DNA from: Sulfolobaceae archaeon
Lineage (GTDB): Archaea > Thermoproteota > Thermoprotei_A > Sulfolobales > Sulfolobaceae
Length of the DNA: 64,000 bases
NCBI GenBank assembly: GCA_038893355.1
Contig: JAWARQ010000005.1
Coordinates: 1-64,000 of the forward strand
Reading direction: 5' to 3'
Part shown: piece after piece, positions 63,365 to 64,000 of the stretch
Numbering within the stretch: position 1 is the first letter of the stretch
Layout of the letters: every line of letters begins with the position of its first letter
Notes under the pieces: model-generated
What the model was told of the DNA's origin: nothing
What the model saw: the letters and a program-made list of their open reading frames with translations, nothing else
Databases searched by the model: none
Translations under genes and position numbers: made by a program

Positions 63365-64000
63365 GTGAATAGGAAAGCTATACCATTAATACTAAGCTGG
63401 GTATTTTGGAGTATAGGATATTATCTTTTCTACCCCTTCTTATCAATATTCTTAAGTAAGATTTTTAATGAATCAGAGATTCCAAAATTTTACTTAATAT
63501 CACAATTTTTTGGTATTTCACTACCGATAATAGGCGGAATATTAGGTGAGAAGATTGGCTATAAAAATACTATAATTATCTCAATGTCACTTAGTGGTAT
63601 GGGATTGATTTTACTTTCATTTTCATACGACTTTACCTCTGCATTATTATTTCAATTTGTTTACTATCTTTATGCCTTATCCCTACCTAACTACTATCTT
63701 TACCTATCATCTATGGGAAAAGGTTATATATCGCTAACATGGGGATACTCAATTCTGCCCTCTCTGATATGCCCTTATTTAGGAGGTTTAATAGCAGAAA
63801 ATTTTGGAATAAGAACAATATTTATCTTTGCCGGTATCTTCTTTATAACATCTGCCTTACCTATATTCCATATTCATAATATTACTGTTAATAAAATTGT
63901 TTATAATAATTATATAAAAATTAATTTAAAATTAAAAAAATTATTTATCCCCTTAATCTGTATTATTCCGATAGCAGTAGTATCACCTTTTATATATTTA
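63365..64000 (+). CDS. MFS transporter, N-terminal part (runs off the window edge)
   Basis: Open from GTG 63365 to the edge; several TM helices, motif-A-like GGILGEKIGYK and PYLGGLIAENFG. Confidence 0.85.
   Translation, partial: MNRKAIPLILSWVFWSIGYYLFYPFLSIFLSKIFNESEIPKFYLISQFFGISLPIIGGILGEKIGYKNTIIISMSLSGMGLILLSFSYDFTSALLFQFVYYLYALSLPNYYLYLSSMGKGYISLTWGYSILPSLICPYLGGLIAENFGIRTIFIFAGIFFITSALPIFHIHNITVNKIVYNNYIKINLKLKKLFIPLICIIPIAVVSPFIYL

Overview
AT-rich archaeal chromosome segment from a member of the Sulfolobales (Cren7, Alba1/Alba2, TopR2 reverse gyrase, TFB2, TFE-beta, Elf1, GatDE, GGGP synthase). Most of it is the conserved information-processing core: translation, tRNA/rRNA modification, transcription factors and topoisomerases. 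It also holds a class II ribonucleotide reductase, RNase P RNA, tRNA-Arg(TCG), tRNA-Ala(TGC) and six candidate box C/D sRNAs. No CRISPR array or intact mobile element was seen. The most notable locus is 46.3-57.4 kb. There an Aap-type type IV pilus motor (TadC/AapF-like membrane platform plus AapE-like ATPase, no pilin in the locus) is surrounded by three paralogous FAD-domain/2x[4Fe-4S]/CCG-like proteins of graded degeneracy that appear to share an extra helical C-terminal domain. Other observations: tbp and top6A appear to start at non-canonical ATT/ATA codons, the HTH domain of the riboflavin kinase/regulator has no canonical start, Pus10 lacks its catalytic Asp, a Doc/Fic toxin relic lies near the left edge, several small genes are missing from the ORF track, and RNase P RNA is overlapped by both flanking ORFs. 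All assignments come from motif recognition by eye; no database searches were run.
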